Shown here in pieces: positions 36,640-48,600 of a stretch of 64,000 nt of DNA. A program made the position numbers and the translations under genes. The notes under the pieces are model-generated. The model was not told where the DNA came from. It saw nothing but the letters and a program-made list of their open reading frames with translations, and searched no databases. The first letter of the stretch is position 1; every line of letters starts with the position of its first letter. The DNA is from Podarcis melisellensis (taxonomy: Eukaryota), in assembly GCA_964234715.1 (NCBI GenBank), contig OZ174284.1. One strand, 5' to 3'.

Positions 36640-37830
36640 GAGAGAGAGAGAGGCGTCACACGGGCGGGGAGAAGAAGCGGAGTAGGGAAGAAGAAGCCCC
36701 CCTCCTTTGCGTTTCTGAGTAAGGGGGGCAATTGCGAGTTGTCCCTTAAGTGCCCATTCCTGGAACGAGGAACTTGGAGGCCGGTTCCTTGGGCAGCGCG
36801 CAAGCTTCCCGCACGCGACGCGCTGCAAAACTGCTGCACCCCCCGCCCCCCCTCCGCCGGGAAGTCCGCGCGCCGGGAGCTGGAGCTGCGCGTTGCTCTC
36901 GCTCGGAAGAGCTCCGCAGTTCCCAAATCTTACTCTTCATTTGGTTCCTTGTCTTATTTTTTTAATTACTCGATTGGGGGGGGGCGGGACTTTTTTCTCC
37001 CACCCTTCACTGCAAAAAGAAATCGAGAGGTTTGGTGGGGGTTTACCCCCATTAAACAGCCAAAGAGAGGCATTCACAGTTTTGCAAATTGAGTACATTT
37101 CTTTCTCCATGCTCAAACCTTTCAGGGTTCGCCAGCAAGAGGAAAGCCAGCGAAAAGATTCGCCTGCTTTGTAACAAAGTGCAATGAAGTAAGTACGCAA
37201 AGTTCCTTTTGTGTTTTTTTGAGCTGCTTCAGGGAAGAGGGGGCGACTGGAAGCGGAGGTTTTTTTGGGGGGGGGGCTATAGGGAATATCTGGTTCCCCT
37301 ACCAGTTAAGCCACCGACGTCATGAAGGTAAGAGCCAGACTGAAGCTGCAAACTTAACCCCACATACCTGGGAGGAATCCCCATTGAATTCATAAGACTT
37401 ACTAGAGAGTAGCCGTGCTTAGGATCCGGGTGCAAGCAAGTTAAGTTTGGGTCTCCTTGAAATCGAAGGTGCTGATGTTAAATCCTGACTGGGACCCAAG
37501 TTCCATGGACTTAGACTGGATCCAGCCCTATATCTATAACTGACAAAACTGGCCGTTCTCCTAAGTGTTGCTTCTGTTTTCCCGCGCAAGGCTTTCGGAT
37601 CGCTGCCGAAGCACGCAAACGGTGCGCCCGGCTCCCCTCCCGCGCTCGAAGGCGCCCGGGAGCCCACGGAGTCAGCCGCCAGCCCCGCAGACAAAGCGCT
37701 CGGCTGCCCCGGCGCCGCCAAGGCAGGCAGGAATGCCGCGGAAGGATCCGCAGCTGGGACCAATTAGTGTGTGTGGGGGGGGGGGTTCCTGCGAGCTGAT
37801 CTGGCGGCGGGAACCGCGCGGTGGAAAGAG
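36640..37830 (+). promoter_or_regulatory. CpG island; candidate promoter and first exon(s) of the SOCS1-like gene
   Basis: CpG-dense, with GC boxes, a GAS site TTCCTGGAA (36757-36765) and plus-strand donor sites at 37189 (GTAAGT) and 37328 (GTAAGA). The assignment to the SOCS gene is inferred. Confidence 0.55.
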
Positions 37831-40800
37831 ACCTGGTTCCCCCCTTCTGTTTCCCTCCCCCTCCGATGGAAAGCTGTGCTGTTAGTTACCCCTGCCTGCT
37901 TCAAACGGGTTGTTTGAGTCACATCTCGGGAAGGAAGCAGTGGCTAACCTCAAAGCCTTTTTTAATAGCTCCTGGAGATGAAGAGAGACTGCAGAAGTAG
38001 TTAAACAAGAACAGATGTTGGTGTTGCAAACACCGTGCCCTTGATTTAGAAGTCCGGACTTGATTTAGAGCAGCTAACCCTAGAAAGCTGTAGAAATCTG
38101 GTGGCAATCGCCTAATCAAGAAGAGCCCCTGCAGGATCAGGCCCAAGACCAGTCTGGTCCAGCCTCCTGTTCTCGCAGTAGATAACCAGATGCTTATGGG
38201 AAGCTCACAACAAGTAGGGCCTGAGTGCAAGAGATACTCCCCACTTGTGGTTCCTAGTCATTGGGACTCTGCCTTTGGTATTGGGCATGGGTAGGCAAAC
38301 TAAGGCTGGGGACCGGATCCAGCCCAATCACCTTCTAAATCCAGCCTGTGGATGGTCTGGGAATCAGCATATTTTTACATGAGTAGAATGTGTGCTTTTA
38401 TTTAAAATGCATCTCTGGGTTATTTTTTTTTTCCAAAATATAGTCCAGCCCCCCACAAGCTCTGAGGGACAGTGGACTGGCCCCCTGCTGAAAAAGTTTG
38501 CTGACCCCAGGAATTGAAGATAACAGCCATTGTATCTTCCATGGATTTGCCTAACTCTCTTTTAAAGCTGCTGGTTATTTCTGCATTTTTTTAGGAGCCA
38601 ATTCCAATATTCAGCTTCATTGGATGGCTGTGGGTTCTAATACAGTATTACAAAGAGGGTGAGAGAGAGATGCTCTGTGTCCACTTTCTTCATCCTCTGA
38701 ATGGTCTTCCTGGTCGTCTTACCCCAGATGTTTACTTGGAAGAAGGGTCCTCTTTCTTCACTGAGACATATGCCACTTAAGTAAGTATGCATCTGATTGT
38801 TGCTTTAAAGTCTTTGCAATGTGACTTAGAACAGTTGGTGTCGCTTCTGTGCATTGTGCTACCACTTCAGGGGCTCCCACTTGGAATAGGCTTGCTAAAC
38901 CCAGGCTAGTTCACTGGGAGCTCCTTGAAGTTCTTCTTCAAAGCTTAGAAAAGCATAAAATTGGAGCTGGATGGGGCATTGGAGATCCTTTAATCCAGTC
39001 CTGTGCTCGGTGCTGAATTTTGTAACACACGCATCCCTGAGAAATGGCTGCTTAGTATTATCTTGCCATGCCCTGTTTTAAACACATAATCTGCTTCTAT
39101 CAAAGCAAGTGTTCGTTTGTTGGTCACTTGGAAGACTGCTCTTCAGTTGCCAAGTAATCTGAAAATAATTGTAAAATGCAGGTGCTGTAATATAGGGGGC
39201 TGCAACTCGACACATTGTAACTAGTGTTTTTATTCAAAATATAATTATATTTTGAAATCTAGGAATCTCTATGTATGGTAATACTGGATTTGTTGGCAAG
39301 CTCTTGGCTGTAAGCTGGTACTACTGAGTACTACTAAGCTAGTACTAATATTTATGTTGCTTGTGCCTGAGTAATTGCATTATATGACACAAAGGATGGG
39401 ATTGTTTGGAGCAGGAGGTTACCTAATACTACTGCTTAGCACTTGGAATACTGTCTACTGGATGCTATACCTCAAAAGGGGTTTTGTGGAGCTGGAGAAA
39501 GTTCAGAAAAGGGCAACCAAAACAGTCCCCCGTGAGAAGTTAAAATGTTTGCGGATTTTTGGTTTAGAAAACTGATTTGATTGGGGAAAGTGTTTTCTTC
39601 CTCTCTCGTGAAATTAGAGCTGAATCTTGGGGAGATATAGGACGGACAAAAGGAAAGACTTCACAGCACAATTCACTACTACAATGTGACAGTAATGGCT
39701 GCCTCCTTGGATGGCTGTAAAGGCTCCTCCTAGTCAGGATAGCTCTGTTACCTCCAGTATCGGAGCCCATGTGCCTCTGGATACCAATTTATTGGGGAAC
39801 ACAAAAAGTGCCATTGCAGTCATTGTTCAAAACATCCTTCGCCTTTCCTTAAAATGTGCTGTATTGTCAGTATTTTTTGTTATTTTATCTGCATTCCTAA
39901 AATGGTGTTCTAGTCAGAGATGCTCTATGTGCTCCAAAGTGCTTCCGCCCCATTAATGCGGGGGCAAGATGCTAGGAAGGGTTAAGGGAAGGGTGAGATT
40001 TCTTGGGCATGAATTTTGAGGGAGTTCTCCCTTAGTAAAAGATATAATTTGGAGCTGCTATGTTCTGTGTTCCTGTGTGGAAAAAGTGGGGTCATGTGGA
40101 TTTACGAAGTTCGGACTATATCCATTTGGTATAATATTGGTATTTTGAGAGCAGGTGACTAATGAATATGAACATATCTATGTTCTCAAGAGCAGCTGGA
40201 AGGTTGCCATATTTCAAAAAGTAAAATTGTTGAGATTTTTTAAAAAAATAAGCTTTTGAGGGGAAACCTAACCCCAAAACAGTGATATTTTAGGCTGTTT
40301 ACGCTGCTTTTTCCATTGCATTGCCATACATCCGGGTTTTCCCTGACATTTTGACTGTTCGGCAAAATTCCCCGGGCACCATTTTTGTGCCCGAAAACCA
40401 GGACATGTCAGGAATATTCCTGACGTATGGCAAGCATAGAGTAGCACCACTTACCACTTTGCATTAGTTTGTAACAAAATCTGGTCAGTCACAATATGAG
40501 TGTGAGGTGTAATTTGGTGCACTGTTGTTGGTATTAAATAGTTGTTTAACATAGTCCGATGAGGAGTGCTGCATTGTAACCAAAATAGTAGATCCAAATG
40601 CTTTACTTGAATGTTAAGACTCGAAAAACTTAACATTTTGATGAATAAACCATCTTCCATTTTGTTCGGATTGAGAAATAAAACAAATGAACCTCCTTTG
40701 GTTGCATTGGCAACACATTCCTATAATGTTCCTGTTCGGTCCCAGAACTGATGCATAACCCCAAAATTCCTGCATTCCTACCTTGTGCATTGATTCCAGT

Positions 40801-42918
40801 GGCATAAATTAATAAGTCCAAGGTAGCATCTTTCCTTAAGTGTGGAGCCCATGCTTATCTTTCTGTAAGGACAGCTGACCCCATTCTGAGTTTGAAGTGG
40901 TTGTATAGAACAGATTACTGCCTCAAATAACCATGATTAGATCTTCATTGCTGTTTTATACTTATAATCAAATGTCTCATAACATTGCAAGATGTGATTA
41001 TTTCAATCACATAATTCATTTATAATAATTACTTGTAAACTAACTAAATAAAAAAAAGGTAACATGCATTTGGAGGTGCTATCGTTTTCTCTCTCTGCCT
41101 TTTTAATCAGTGTGAAGATATCACAGGCTTTCTCTGGCGGTTTAATTATAGACTGGCAGCCGCTCTTCATGGCTATACTTCGTTGGGGAGCTGACAGGCT
41201 GTTAGCAGGAAGAACCTCTCATACGAGTTTGAGTCAGCACGCTTCCAAGAACTGCTTTCAAGGTACTTGATAATGCATGTTCTCTCCTGTTCTGCTGTGC
41301 TGCTTTCTCCCCTAGTATCTCTTATGCTTTTCGATGTTTGCAGCTTCTATATTTTAGGCCCTCTTATCACTTTTGCTATTTGTTAATTTTTTTAAGTATT
41401 TATGTACCGCCCTCTCATAGAATACCAGGATAGGGCACAGCAACATAAAACTCAACACACACACGCGCAACAGTGCAGAACAATAAATTTGCTAGCTAAG
41501 ATTCTTCACCTTCACAGTTTGGACTTTCGGTATCATCTTTGTGTGATAAGATGCCTCTCAGTTGGCAAACTTCATTTCTGCTCCAGTCTAGAGTCAGACT
41601 TTGGGAGTTACTTTTTTGTTTGTAGTATCAGGTTCTCTCCCCGCCCCTGCCACCCCAATCAGGAGAGCAAATGGGGAGTACAAAAGTCCCAGTTCATATA
41701 TAACTGTTCTTTGTGCCAGTCATACTGTGCGACAGGAACTGATTTTGCAGCGCAGCCCACGTCTACTCAGTATTTGCAGCTTGGTCAGAGCATGGCCTCT
41801 CTCTCTCTTTGCTCTTGCATTCCATAACTTCAGCAACTTTTTTCACATCCCCAAGAATTAATGCACTTCTGGGTCAGTTCCCTTATAAGGAGAGAATACT
41901 GTAGAAATTGTGTTTTTTTTAATTGCCGTGTGTGAAAAGGAACATTTTCTCAGAATCACAATCCTTATGTAGGCAAAATGGGAGATAGCAGGAGGCTTGG
42001 GGGGAAACCCAAGTTTTGCAAAAGTACAAAGAAACTTTTTGGGGTGGGGAGAATGGCTCCATTCATGTCAGCAGGCTAGGGGAAACCCATGCTTTGCAAA
42101 CATGCAAAGCGACTTCAGGGGAAAAACTAAAAGAGAAAAAATTCTTCAACAACCCAGTGAAGTTGGAGCGTGTTCAGTGGTCACAGGATGGTGAGTCTGT
42201 GCGCATGGAGTGGAGGAGGGGAAGGAGGGTGGTGGTAATAGAATGGAGTATCCTAGAAAAAAACTGTGGCTGGAAGGAATCCTGAATACAAACTTTTCAC
42301 ACTGCAACATTTTGTTTTAGGATCTACTTCTATCTGTTCATTTACAAATATGCAAGGTGGGACGAGTCTTAAGTTGAATCTGGGTTGATTTTGCAACTCC
42401 TCATCACCACTCTAGTTTGCTTTTTGCCTACCAGCTGCAAAACTTGGAACTCTTTCTCTTACTCCTAAAATTCAAACTGTTCTCCATCCTTTGGTGTGTG
42501 CACACAGAGACCACTGATTTCAGACTCTGCCCTGAGCAATAGTTGTGACCTTTGCAGTGCCCTTGAGTAGGCATGAACCATCAAAAGCCATAAAAGAAGC
42601 TGTCTGTCTGTCTGTCTATCTAATCTTCTTTTGATGCCCCACAAAAGCATTCCCCTAACACCAGGATGTGAATATGTTTGCTTTAGATTCCACTCCAGAG
42701 ATTCTCTTTTAATTTTACATCAGTATTGCTAATGGGCTCACATTGTTTCCTTTTTAATCCATCTCCCATGTTAAGAATATCTCAAAAATATAATCCCTTG
42801 TAGTATACTATAGGCTAGGACAAATGGTGTAAGAAGCCTTTTTTTCTTTTCCTTTCTCTGAAGCTTATAACCTACCTTCCTTCAAGGAGCTCAAGGTGTT
42901 ATATACATGCACAATTTA

Positions 42919-43271
42919 TCACATTTTTCCATGTATAAGACGACCTTTTTTTTGAATTTTTTTGTGATAAATTGAGGGTCGTCTTATACACGGGTTAATA
43001 TGCTAAGTAAGCGAGGGCTGGTGCTGCGGCAGTAGCAGGGAAATGTTGGAGAGGAGGCTGCTTACCCGTTCTTCCCAGCTTAGGAAGAGTATTTGGTGAG
43101 TGCCAGTATGTGGTGTATTGCGGCACCAGTTCTGTCAGCCAGAGTGAGGGATCACCGAAAAGCTGCTCAACAGCTCAGCGAACTTGCAAAAGAAGCTCAG
43201 CAACTGTTGAGGGCTCCAAAAAATAGGGGTCGTCTTATACATGGGGTCGTGTTATACACGGAAAAATACGG
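42919..43271. mobile_element. Tc1/mariner MITE
   Basis: Termini ATTTTTCCATGTATAAGACG / ATACACGGAAAAATACGG-TA. Confidence 0.7.
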
Positions 43272-43399
43272 TATCTTCAAAACAACCCTGTGAGGTAGGT
43301 TAAGTTGAGAGACAGTAACACACTGAGGTTCCTGAGTGGATATTTGAACCTTGGTCTGCCAAATCCCAGCCTAAGGGCTCACCCACATGGAAGTTTAAT

Positions 43400-43599
43400 N
43401 NNNNNNNNNNNNNNNNNNNNNNNNNNNNNNNNNNNNNNNNNNNNNNNNNNNNNNNNNNNNNNNNNNNNNNNNNNNNNNNNNNNNNNNNNNNNNNNNNNNN
43501 NNNNNNNNNNNNNNNNNNNNNNNNNNNNNNNNNNNNNNNNNNNNNNNNNNNNNNNNNNNNNNNNNNNNNNNNNNNNNNNNNNNNNNNNNNNNNNNNNNN
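43400..43599. other. Assembly gap (200 N)
   Basis: Run of N. Confidence 1.
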
Positions 43600-43960
43600 G
43601 TAACATTTTAAAAATAAAATGCCTTGAATGTGTCTTCAGTAACAACCGGTGAAAAGAGAAGGCCACATCCTTTCCTTGGGGTTGATGGAAACACTATGGA
43701 AGTAAAGGGTGTGGCAACAGAAAAACATCACTACACATTTAAACAACGCCCGCAATGCACAGTGTGTTCACGGGCAAGTAGCATGTGGTCTTACACTGTG
43801 CATTGCGGGCGTTGTTTAAATGTGTAGTGATGTTTTTCTGTTGCCACACCCTTTACTTCCATAGTGTTTCCATCAACCCCAAGGAAAGGATGTGGCCTTC
43901 TCTTTTTCACCGGTTGTTACTGAAGACACATTCAAGGCATTTTTATTTTTAAAATGTTAC
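43600..43960. repeat. Near-perfect long inverted repeat abutting the gap
   Basis: Arm 43600-43765 is the reverse complement of 43793-43960 except for two homopolymer-length differences; 27-nt loop. Confidence 0.95.
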
Positions 43961-45060
43961 TGTTGGGCAGAAGTGCTGTTGCACAAAACAGCTGTATTAA
44001 ATAATAATAAAGCAGCTCCAGATCCTTTCCTGGTTTGAAGCAACATACACTAAAAAACAAACAAACAGAAGTTTGCTCTTCTTTGCAAATCTAGTATATC
44101 TTCAGAGCAAGAATTACATTTTAAAAAATATGGGCAAACTACTTGGAGCAACACAGACACATTTTAAACTTGCTTTTACTGCTCTTTAGTGCAAATCTGG
44201 CATATTATGTATTAGGTTGTTTTTTAGTCTTGGGTCTATATCAGTTTTTAATGTTTGTCAGTCACTTTGAGTTCATTTTTTCAAAGTGACATAATAATAG
44301 TATAAATGTGGGTCCAGTTCATTTATTACGATTTCACAAGCAATCTGTGCCTTTTGTCAACACCTGCAGTTGGAAGTATACTGTTTCTAAATAGTTTTAA
44401 AGGCACTGAAAATAAGTTTTAATAAAATATTTTATTGTTTATTTCTTTACACCATGATATGAGACGTTAAGAAAAGAGTTTGATGGTTCTTGGAAATGTG
44501 GAGAAATTGTTCTGAAATGTGTGTTAAAATTCCAAAGGACAGTGGAAACTTCAAATTCTGCCAGAAACTGGGAGTGGGGCAGTTATGAGCTATTTTGGTA
44601 CAATTCATAACTATTGTTAGTCATGCCAGAACACTGAAGGCAACCATGTTGAAATAATCATTCTTTGCTGCCATTTGCTGCAAGAGACTAACATGGCTGC
44701 TTTCCCACCTGGTACCCATCAGATGTTTATGACTTAAACTCCTATTGTCCCCAGTCATCTGAAGGGCACCAGGTTTGCAAAGCAAGTGTGGACTTCTGGG
44801 GTAGGGAAATAAACTACATACTAGTGCTCCCCAACTTTCTATTTGTTTGGTTTTTACAGTGGTATTTTGATACAGCTGCTTCTGTCTTTGATATGCCATT
44901 GCTTACCTTCAATTCATCCCTTTTGCCCAAGTAAGGGCCCAGAACTTACCCTCTCATTTGTGTGTGTGTGTGTGTGTATTCGCAGGACTGAATATAAAGA
45001 CAGTGGTGGCATCTTCCTGTGATTTGCAGGCTTTCTGAGAGATGATCGGAGAGAAGGCAG

Positions 45061-45621
45061 ATGAACAAACTCGGCAGCTTTTCCGCTTCACAGAGGCAAC
45101 ACCAAGAGTCTCCTTTTAGCCCAACATCAACCAGATTGCTGTCTCACTACCGTGCATTTCGTGATCGTGAATGGGAAGTGGTGGAACGGTCGCTTGGCCT
45201 CCTGCAGGCCAGTGGATTTTACTGGGGCCCTTTGTCTGTTCATGAGGCCCATGCTAGGTTACTGCAAGAGCCGGTGGGGACCTACTTGCTGCGAGACAGC
45301 TCTCAGGGAAACTGCCTTTTCAGCCTCAGCGTCCGCATGCCGTCTGGACCCGTCAGCCTCCGGATCTCTTTCAGCAAAGGCTACTTTTGGCTGAAGGACT
45401 GGTTTTCGGACTGTGTACTGAGGTTGCTTGAACTAGTGGTGGCGGGAACCAGGACTAAACCCCTCCACTGTGATGCAATGGGAGAAGCTCCTCTAGTATT
45501 TTCTGAGCCCCTCTGCAGGGAGCATAGGGCTGTGCCCACGCTGCAGGAACTCTGCCAACGCGCCTTATCTGCTTCCAGCAGGACTGGGCGGGGCAGTTGT
45601 TGGACTCTACCTCTTCGTTGA
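45061..45621 (+). CDS. Suppressor of cytokine signaling 1-like protein (KIR-like, SH2, truncated SOCS box), single coding exon, 186 aa
   Basis: [76 protein letters not shown] parallels human SOCS1 ([50 protein letters not shown]). Candidate acceptor CAG at 44983-44985. The start codon is uncertain. Confidence 0.9.
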   Translation: [186 protein letters not shown]

Positions 45622-48600
45622 CAACAGAAATGCCAAAATGGGGGGGGGCAAAAATATGCAAATATTGATGACGCCAATGCGCTAACAGAATGAGTCATTG
45701 CTTTTCCTGCTTTCTTAGGGTCTGTTTCAATTTCCTTTTATAGGCTAGAGGTAAACATTGCCTTTCATCCGCAACTTGGTATTCCAGCTGCCTAAGCCAG
45801 TCTTTCCTGATGGAACATTGAAACTTGGTTTCAGAGATCTGATGCTGAGATAGGACTTAGTGTGTAGAAGTTGAATGCTGATCTCTAGAACCAGAGAGGC
45901 ACTGCTCTGTGTATATGGGAGATTATTGGAAAACTTAGGCTGCTAACACTTACCTGCGAGTAAGCTTCATTGAACTCAACAAAACTCACTTTGAGTTGAC
46001 ATGTAGAAGATAGCACTGTTATACTTGCAACCAAGCCTTCTTCTCAGTGGGGCAGGTTCAGCAGTGTCTAGCTTTCTCCTCCATGCATCTCCCTAAATTC
46101 TCTTTCCCACTGGGTACTGTCCTCATTGTGTCAGGGTAGGAAATAGAAGGCTTTTATTTTAGCACTTCCCAGCAACTCCATTATTTGGCTTAAGATTAGC
46201 ATTATTTTATAAGAAAAATGTGAGTCTTTAATACAATAGTTGAGATTATTGTATTTGGTGAGTCACACTTGTGGAAAAATGGAGGAATTTAATGAAGATT
46301 AAAAAGAATCTATATCAGATTAAAGTAAAACCAACCAACCCCCCACTACCTAAAACAAGTGGTAGCCAGTGTACAAGGGATTCAGTCGAGAATAAGAAAT
46401 GAAAAAGGTGCATATTCAGAGTAAAAGGGTAAATAGAGGTTTTCACTTGTTCCAGGCTTACTCAGACTATAATCTTGTACCCGCTTGCCTGGGGACAAGC
46501 CCCATGGAACTCAGATTGAACATCCATGTAGACTTACTATATAGGATCACAGTATAATAATATTTTAGTAATTGTCTTAATCTGCAGTAATTAAAAAAGG
46601 TGCCTGAAAAGCATTTAATGGTATTTATTTAGCGAGTCTTGTAAAAAAGTGTGCTGCTGTCATTCAGTGGGGGAGAAATGGGAAGAACTCTTCATTAAAT
46701 GTGTTCATCCTCCTTTTTGTACAGCAGTATTTTCATAAAAGTGAACTCAATTACTGTAATGTATTGACTTCTGCAGTTTTGTTATATGTAGACTGTTTGC
46801 AGCATCTGGATATATAAGTGTATTAGTGGTGAATCTGGATTTTGGAAACCATAACATGGTTTTATGCTCATGATTTATGCCACTTGATTAAAATTAACAC
46901 AGTTGTTTGGGGCATTTTCATGGCTCCTGCTACAAACAAAGGAGTACAGCAGGAGGCTTGGAGAAGCATATCGAGAAGAGCCATCTGAGCAGCATCTTCA
47001 AAATTCAGGGCGACACTGGGACTAGCCTAGGATGGAATTTCTTACTTCAGTGGTCTGCATAGAATGATGGGTGTAAGAGCACCAGAGGCCTGCTATTCCA
47101 CCATCCTGTTCTCAGTGGCCAAACAGATGCCTACATGATCCACAGACCCCTTCAAATCTCTGGGGTCGTTCAAGACTTAGTCATACATTACTTAGAATAG
47201 GCCCATTGGGATCAATGGGATTAAAGTTAGTCATGACCTGCTTAAGTGTCGTTGATATCAGTAGGTCTACTTTAAGCATGGCTAATTCTAAAACCAACTT
47301 TTGTCACCCGTACACTTACCTGGACGCAAACCTCACTGAACTCAGTTGGAGTTGCATCCGAGTAAACATGCATAGGACTTCACTGTTGTACCATTCAAAT
47401 CAAGGACAGATACCGACCGGAATAAATGTATCCTTTTAGAACGCTGATTGAAAGATGACCATCTTTCGCAGGAGCCAAAAAACCAATGGAGAAGGCAACT
47501 GTCTGATATGTAGTGGGAAGGAGTTCCAAAGGGCACATTATGCGGAACAGGCCTCCGGATCAGATGGTATCTGCAGAACTCAGTGGTTGGCTGGGGATGA
47601 GACAATCTCTTAGGTATCCTGGTCTCAAACTGCATAGGGCTTTTTACACCAGCACCTTGAACCTAGGCCTAATCAACGACTGAATTTTTAGATCCTTTGC
47701 TGCAGCAATGGGGAACCTGAAGCCCATCAAATATGGTTGGTTTACAACTCCCATCATCCCAGGCTGGCTGGGGCTAATGGGATTTAGAGTCCAACAAAAA
47801 CTAGAAGACCACAGATTCCACAGCCAAGGAATGCCTTCCCATCATATGTCAAATAAGCAACTACAGTATCTGACTTTTAGAAGACATCTGAAGGCAGCCC
47901 TGTTTAGTGAAGTTTTTAATGGTTGATGTTTTATAGTGTTTTTAATACTCTGTTAGGAACCGTCCAGAGTGGCTGGAGAAGTGTGTAGGCTTGTTATAAC
48001 TTCACTCTTAAGTATCCTGGCAGCTAATTTACAAAGAGAAATAGAAAACTGTTATGCAGTGCCCCCTTGTGAGTGCATATGCCACACAGTCTTATCTACG
48101 GAGTGTCTTACACCTATCTCCTGCCTCTGTTACATTTGAATGGAAACTTCTCCTCCTGATGGCTTTAATTACAATTTATTAGCAACAGCAAACTTTTGAT
48201 ACAGATCAGGGTAGGAAATAATAGCTGAAAAAGTTGTGAGGATTTTGCGGGTCTATCTTTATTTCTAGCAGTTCATTGTGTTAAGCGAATGTGACAACTT
48301 GAGCGTCGGTTCTTGGAGCATACTGAATTTGATTTTAAGGTGCCATCGCTGTAATCTGATGTTGAAAGATCTTGACAGGCTGCAATAAATAGTTGCCTCT
48401 GCAAAATGACATCAGCTGCCTTTGCATTTAATTGGAAAATAGATATTCTTAGTGGCTGCATGTTTACCCGAGCATGAGCATCTTCCAGAGCTAGTAGTTA
48501 TTGGCTGTGATATCTTTTGGTGGACAGGGTTCAGCAAGCGGAGATTGTCTTGTGGCAGGCCACCCCAATCCCCATGCGGTGCAAGATTCTAGGGGTTCCA

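Noticed and set aside
36525-37885. Several overlapping 60-150 aa ORFs in the CpG island
   Set aside because: These are expected from GC-rich, stop-poor composition and show no recognisable motifs.
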